DNA of 64,000 nucleotides. It comes from Acanthaster planci (taxonomy: Eukaryota). Positions 60,151 to 64,000 of the stretch are shown one piece after another. How positions within the stretch are numbered: position 1 is the stretch's first letter; every line of letters starts with the position of its first letter. The position numbers and the translations under genes are program-made. Under the pieces are notes generated by a model. The model did no database searches, had not been told where the DNA came from, and saw nothing but the letters and a program-made list of their open reading frames with translations. The stretch is taken from assembly GCF_001949145.1 (NCBI RefSeq), contig NW_019091355.1, positions 1,883,107-1,947,106 on the forward strand, written 5' to 3'.

Positions 60151-63100
60151 TTAAATGGCTGTATCAGGAATCCGGTCTTCCGGATAAGCCGATTTGACTG
60201 GCAGAGGATACAGCTGTTCAAATTCATGTTTATACGCATCTTTGGTCTCTATTGGAGGTGCGGCTGCGGCTCCTTGGGCCTTCACCATTGGATCCTGAAG
60301 CGCAACCTCTGTCAAAAGAAAAGATATTGGTCTTTGGCAAGAATTACTTAGCTGTGGACTGCCAGTGAAATTTCATACAACTCTATTGGAAGCGACTGCA
60401 GCCACAACCATATAGGCTCATGCCTATTGTTTTCTTAAATTTTCCGGCAGCTGTAACCGTTAAAGGTCGATTTTAAGGGTCCTCTGATGTGAATGTTGAA
60501 TTGGGAACTTGTTCTGTGCAACTTTCCACTTCTCTTAAACATAAGGAACTATCTGGCATCTCGCTAGGTTATACTCTCAGTGAAATGAGCACTTTCAAAA
60601 CGTTTCGAATTTGCCACACTTCCTGACAGACGGGCAATGCTGCTGCCATTCACTAGAAGACACTGTGAACAAGTTGTCTAGTCTTTCACCAATCGACATG
60701 AAACATTTTGGGTGCGTTCGATTAGCTTCCCCGAATACAGCAGTGCGGTTACACGCAAGGGAAGCCTCGAAATGAGGGTAATCGAAGGCTGCAGTGTACT
60801 CGCCAAGGCATTCTGGGAAAAAGGTCAAGTCCCCGCCACGTTCCATCATGTACAGTACGACCATGCACGAACAGTCCATCCGTGACGTCATTACACTCGG
60901 GCAGCCTCCAGAGACCCGCTCGCCAGCCGGGGTAGTATAGTGGCTAATACACCAGGGCAGGCACGATCACGTGATGGCTAAACGGACGCTCTCGTGTAAG
61001 TTTGACTTACACGAGTAAGCTAATCGAACGCACCCAATGGCGCCATTCTTGTTTCTTTGGTGCGCTTTCCCACGGATCTCGTCCCCCCCGCTACCACAGA
61101 AGAGAACATGACTTGTAAACAAACGCGTGACGTCAGGATGCATAGGTTTATTCAGGCGTTATCTGAACGAACTGTGAAAACATTTCCTCTGTTGTTATTT
61201 CAACTCGTCCCAGCTTACTTATCATTTGACAACCCAGCGGGGAAATGTTGGAAGTAACTGATTTTGACAACAAGTTCAAGGTGCTAGGCCTAATCACGAG
61301 CTTCTGAGTCAGCACCGGTGTTCAGCTTACCGTACTGTGGTGGCTGGCCCGCGGAAGCCAAGTTGCCAGGTTGCGGAGCAGCCATCTGTGGTCCAGTGTA
61401 GTAAACCTGAAGAGTTTGGAATGTATCTATTACGGCCGATTCACAAAGGTGCTCCTCCAAGAGTTTGCAGCGCGTTGACGTCACATCACAGTGCGTAAAA
61501 TCTGTCGACCCTTTCTAAACGCACTTTCGACCGACAGATTTCGCGCACAGTGATTGGCTAACGCGTTGCAAACGCTTGGAGGCGCACTACTGGGACACGG
61601 CCGTATTTATCCATGAATATGGCTCTGCCTAGTCATTTTGGATTTAAGAGCCATCCCGCTGTCAATCTCGCACAGTCTAGTCGGGCTGTAGGTCAGATGA
61701 TGTACCATAAAACTGTTGTCTTGGTTCCGACATAATTTTTATTGAGATAAAATGTACTTGGAGTCCATCTAACAATAGAACAATATGACAACGGAGAACA
61801 CGAACAATAACGTTTTTACAGCTAGGTGGTGCTTTTGTTATTTAGTCCTACTGTTCACACACTACTCCAAAAGTTACGGACCACTTTTTATTTTGTGTAG
61901 AATTTTTTATATGAGGTATTTTACTGCTGAAAATGTGCATTTGATGTTTTGAAACATTCTTAAATTTTTTATTCTAATGAGAACATCTATAAAAACAAAA
62001 AAAGAAAGAATTTAGACCCCACTCATTGCTTGGAAAAAATTACAAGTTCAGAAAAAGTGGTCCTTAACTTTTTGAGTAGCGTGTAATCGTTTGCAGAAAG
62101 CTTGTTCCATCTCAAATTCTTTAAGTAACACTGGAAGAACTCTGAGCCAATTACAGAGGTATAACCCAAAGTTAAAACTGCGCAGACTTGACTATGTACT
62201 GAGCCTTTTGACATTATTTACTTCTTCACGCTAACCCTGTCAAATCCAATAGAACCTCGTGTGATTTACACTAATCCTCGGGCTTATAAAGGGTTTTTCA
62301 AATGATTATATAGGGAGGCACAGGGCCACGTACTCCATCAACATGGTTCTCCCCTTAAAATTATGTTTTACGCACACGCCAAGGGCAGGTACTAAAGAGG
62401 AGGTTGTGCCCTACCTCTGGGATGAAGGCAGCCCCCCTCCCGTACCACCTGACAGCCACGCCGCTACGCTTACCACGGTGTCGGTTTGAGACTCGCCGGA
62501 GGAACAACACAAGGCACCGCAGCTCATTGCTGCCCCAACTATTGCAACCACGCCATCAACGCCAGCCAACAGACACACAAAGACATTGACAGTGACCCGT
62601 GCACCCTTTAATGAATAAAAAGAAATCAGATAAAATTTTGTGGGTGGGCGGAGTGGGATAAAACTAGTTAATAAGAATTTACTTTCAGAAAGTGAGAAGA
62701 AAAATTCCAACATAATGATGCCTTTAGTATCAGTAGCGATCACCAGAAAAGAAATCTGGCAGAGCAAAAGCAATTTTTGGTTTGCTTTTGAACGAAAGCT
62801 ACACTATTTACAGAGAGGCAATCTGATTGGTTGAAGGGGCACGAATATCGATGATAACCTTTGCACACAAGTACTATTTAAGAAATCCCTGAATTCCTTA
62901 TAAAACCGGGGGGAAATCAATTTCCGTGACAAAAATGCTTTCAAACAATGGGGTCTGATCATTGTGAGCCATGCGAACTCGCGCCTAATTGTCCATAAAA
63001 TCTCTCATAATAATTCTGGGGCCACCCGAATTAGAAGTCATTACAGACGTGGATCACGCTCGTACGTAGGCACGCTCGTTTGGCCCGTGGCTACTTAGGG

Positions 63101-63552
63101 GGCATGGGGCACCGTTCCAAACGCTCGAGGCTAGGCCTGTGCTTCCCGTCTGCCAGAAATTATAGAGGTACCCCAGAAATTAGAGAAGAAACGTAATCGA
63201 TAATCGATTCATAATCGGGGGATGACCCAATCCACCTCCACTCCCTCCAGAAAACGAGGCCCCCAAGCGCCTCCTGGTAAGTCATCCCAGTGTCTTCCGC
63301 GGATAGGGTGCTACACGCGTAGGCATGCGGAAGTGTGTGCTTTCTATGGTGTGCCTCATGACGCCTCAGTCGTTGGATGAGCTTTTACTGTATAGCACTT
63401 ACTTGACTTGACAGACATGTTTCGTACTGTGGGATGGCGCTGTGATGACAAAAATGGCGAGCTCCATCCCATGACGCAGATATGGCAGCAAACGTCAAGA
63501 TAACAACGGTCGTAAGAGACCCAAGGATGGCGAGCACCATGTAAGCAGTGAT
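60151..63552 (-). CDS. MS4A/CD20-like four-transmembrane protein, 3' part (TM3, Cys loop, TM4, Pro-rich tail); 5' exons not found in window
   Basis: Phase-consistent minus-strand exons: 63552-63403 (ITAYMVLAILGSLTTVVILTFAAISASWDGARHFCHHSAIPQYETCLSSQ), 62605-62474 (GARVTVNVFVCLLAGVDGVVAIVGAAMSCGALCCSSGESQTDTV), 61406-61331 (VYYTGPQMAAPQPGNLASAGQPPQY), 60308-60151 (EVALQDP...RIPDTAI*). All three donors are GTAAG. A TM4 with a central acidic residue followed by C..LCC fits the CD20/MS4A family pattern as I know it. Confidence 0.7.
61431..61605. mobile_element. About 175-bp palindromic MITE family, copy 3 (MS4A-like intron, about 25 bp from an acceptor)
   Basis: TACGGCCG...CGGCCGTA ends and the same centre, AAAATCTGTCGACCCTTTC. 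Confidence 0.8.
61858..62085. mobile_element. Tc1/mariner-like MITE (copy 2, inverted relative to copy 1), in an MS4A-like intron
   Basis: TIRs CACTACTCCAAAAGTTACGGACCACTTTT / AAAAGTGGTCCTTAACTTTTTGAGTAGCGTGTA; the interior aligns to the reverse complement of 23892-24122 (e.g. ACTCATTGCTTGGA, CATTTGATGTTTTGAAACA). Confidence 0.75.
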
Positions 63553-64000
63553 CTGAAGTAAGTTCATACGATAACCCGTATTACTAGGACTGTGCCGTCT
63601 CACCTCCAACACATTTAAAGTCCCAACAGCACGCTTGGATTAACTTTAATTATCATTAGTCCTTTATACGTAAAATCTTTAACTTACAACCCGTTGTTTC
63701 TGCCCTTAACAATTACCTCTTATTTTTAAAACTCCTTGCTCGGCTCAAGAATTTCTTTTAAAACATAAGAGTTACATTTTTTCTAGTTTTGGTGCAATGC
63801 CCTTAATGGAAAAACTCCCGAAAGCTCAGTACTTGTTTGTGCTTACTAAACTTAAGTTGGCAGCCTCAAATTTTCGTGAAATCAATACAGTACACACACT
63901 TTGGCTAGCGAGCAAAGAGTTGCTGCACGCAGAACTATGGAAAGTCAAATGGAAAAAAATCAAACTGGAGGTCTTTGTTGCAAAGCGACACGGCTGCTCT

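Overview
This is eukaryotic (animal) genomic DNA, not prokaryotic: spliced genes with GT-AG introns, and most entries in the ORF track are exon fragments or noise. A marine invertebrate deuterostome such as an echinoderm is my inference from gene style and repeat content. I reconstructed five protein-coding genes by hand from splice sites and codon phase. (1) A complete SEC24A/B-type COPII coat gene (+, 2075-21958; about 1267 aa, 1315 aa with a cassette exon). (2-4) A cluster of three SLC16/MCT-family MFS transporters: MCT-A (+, 28803-36714), and the tandem paralogs MCT-B (-, 41517-44636) and MCT-C (-, 49582-52411). (5) The 3' part of an MS4A/CD20-like tetraspan gene (-, 60151-63552), whose 5' end was not found and probably lies beyond the window. 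Introns and intergenic DNA hold many short fold-back/MITE elements, tRNA-like boxes and minisatellites. The most interesting signals are a series of frame-preserving phase-1 cassette exons and candidate microexons behind long AG-free zones in the disordered N-terminus of SEC24, a CCACGT cluster in the SEC24 promoter, MCT paralogs lacking the proton-coupling residues and showing patchy gene-conversion-like identity, and fold-back elements carrying tRNA-like A/B boxes. I found no CRISPR array, rRNA, intact tRNA or autonomous transposase, and nothing I can claim as a wholly new system.
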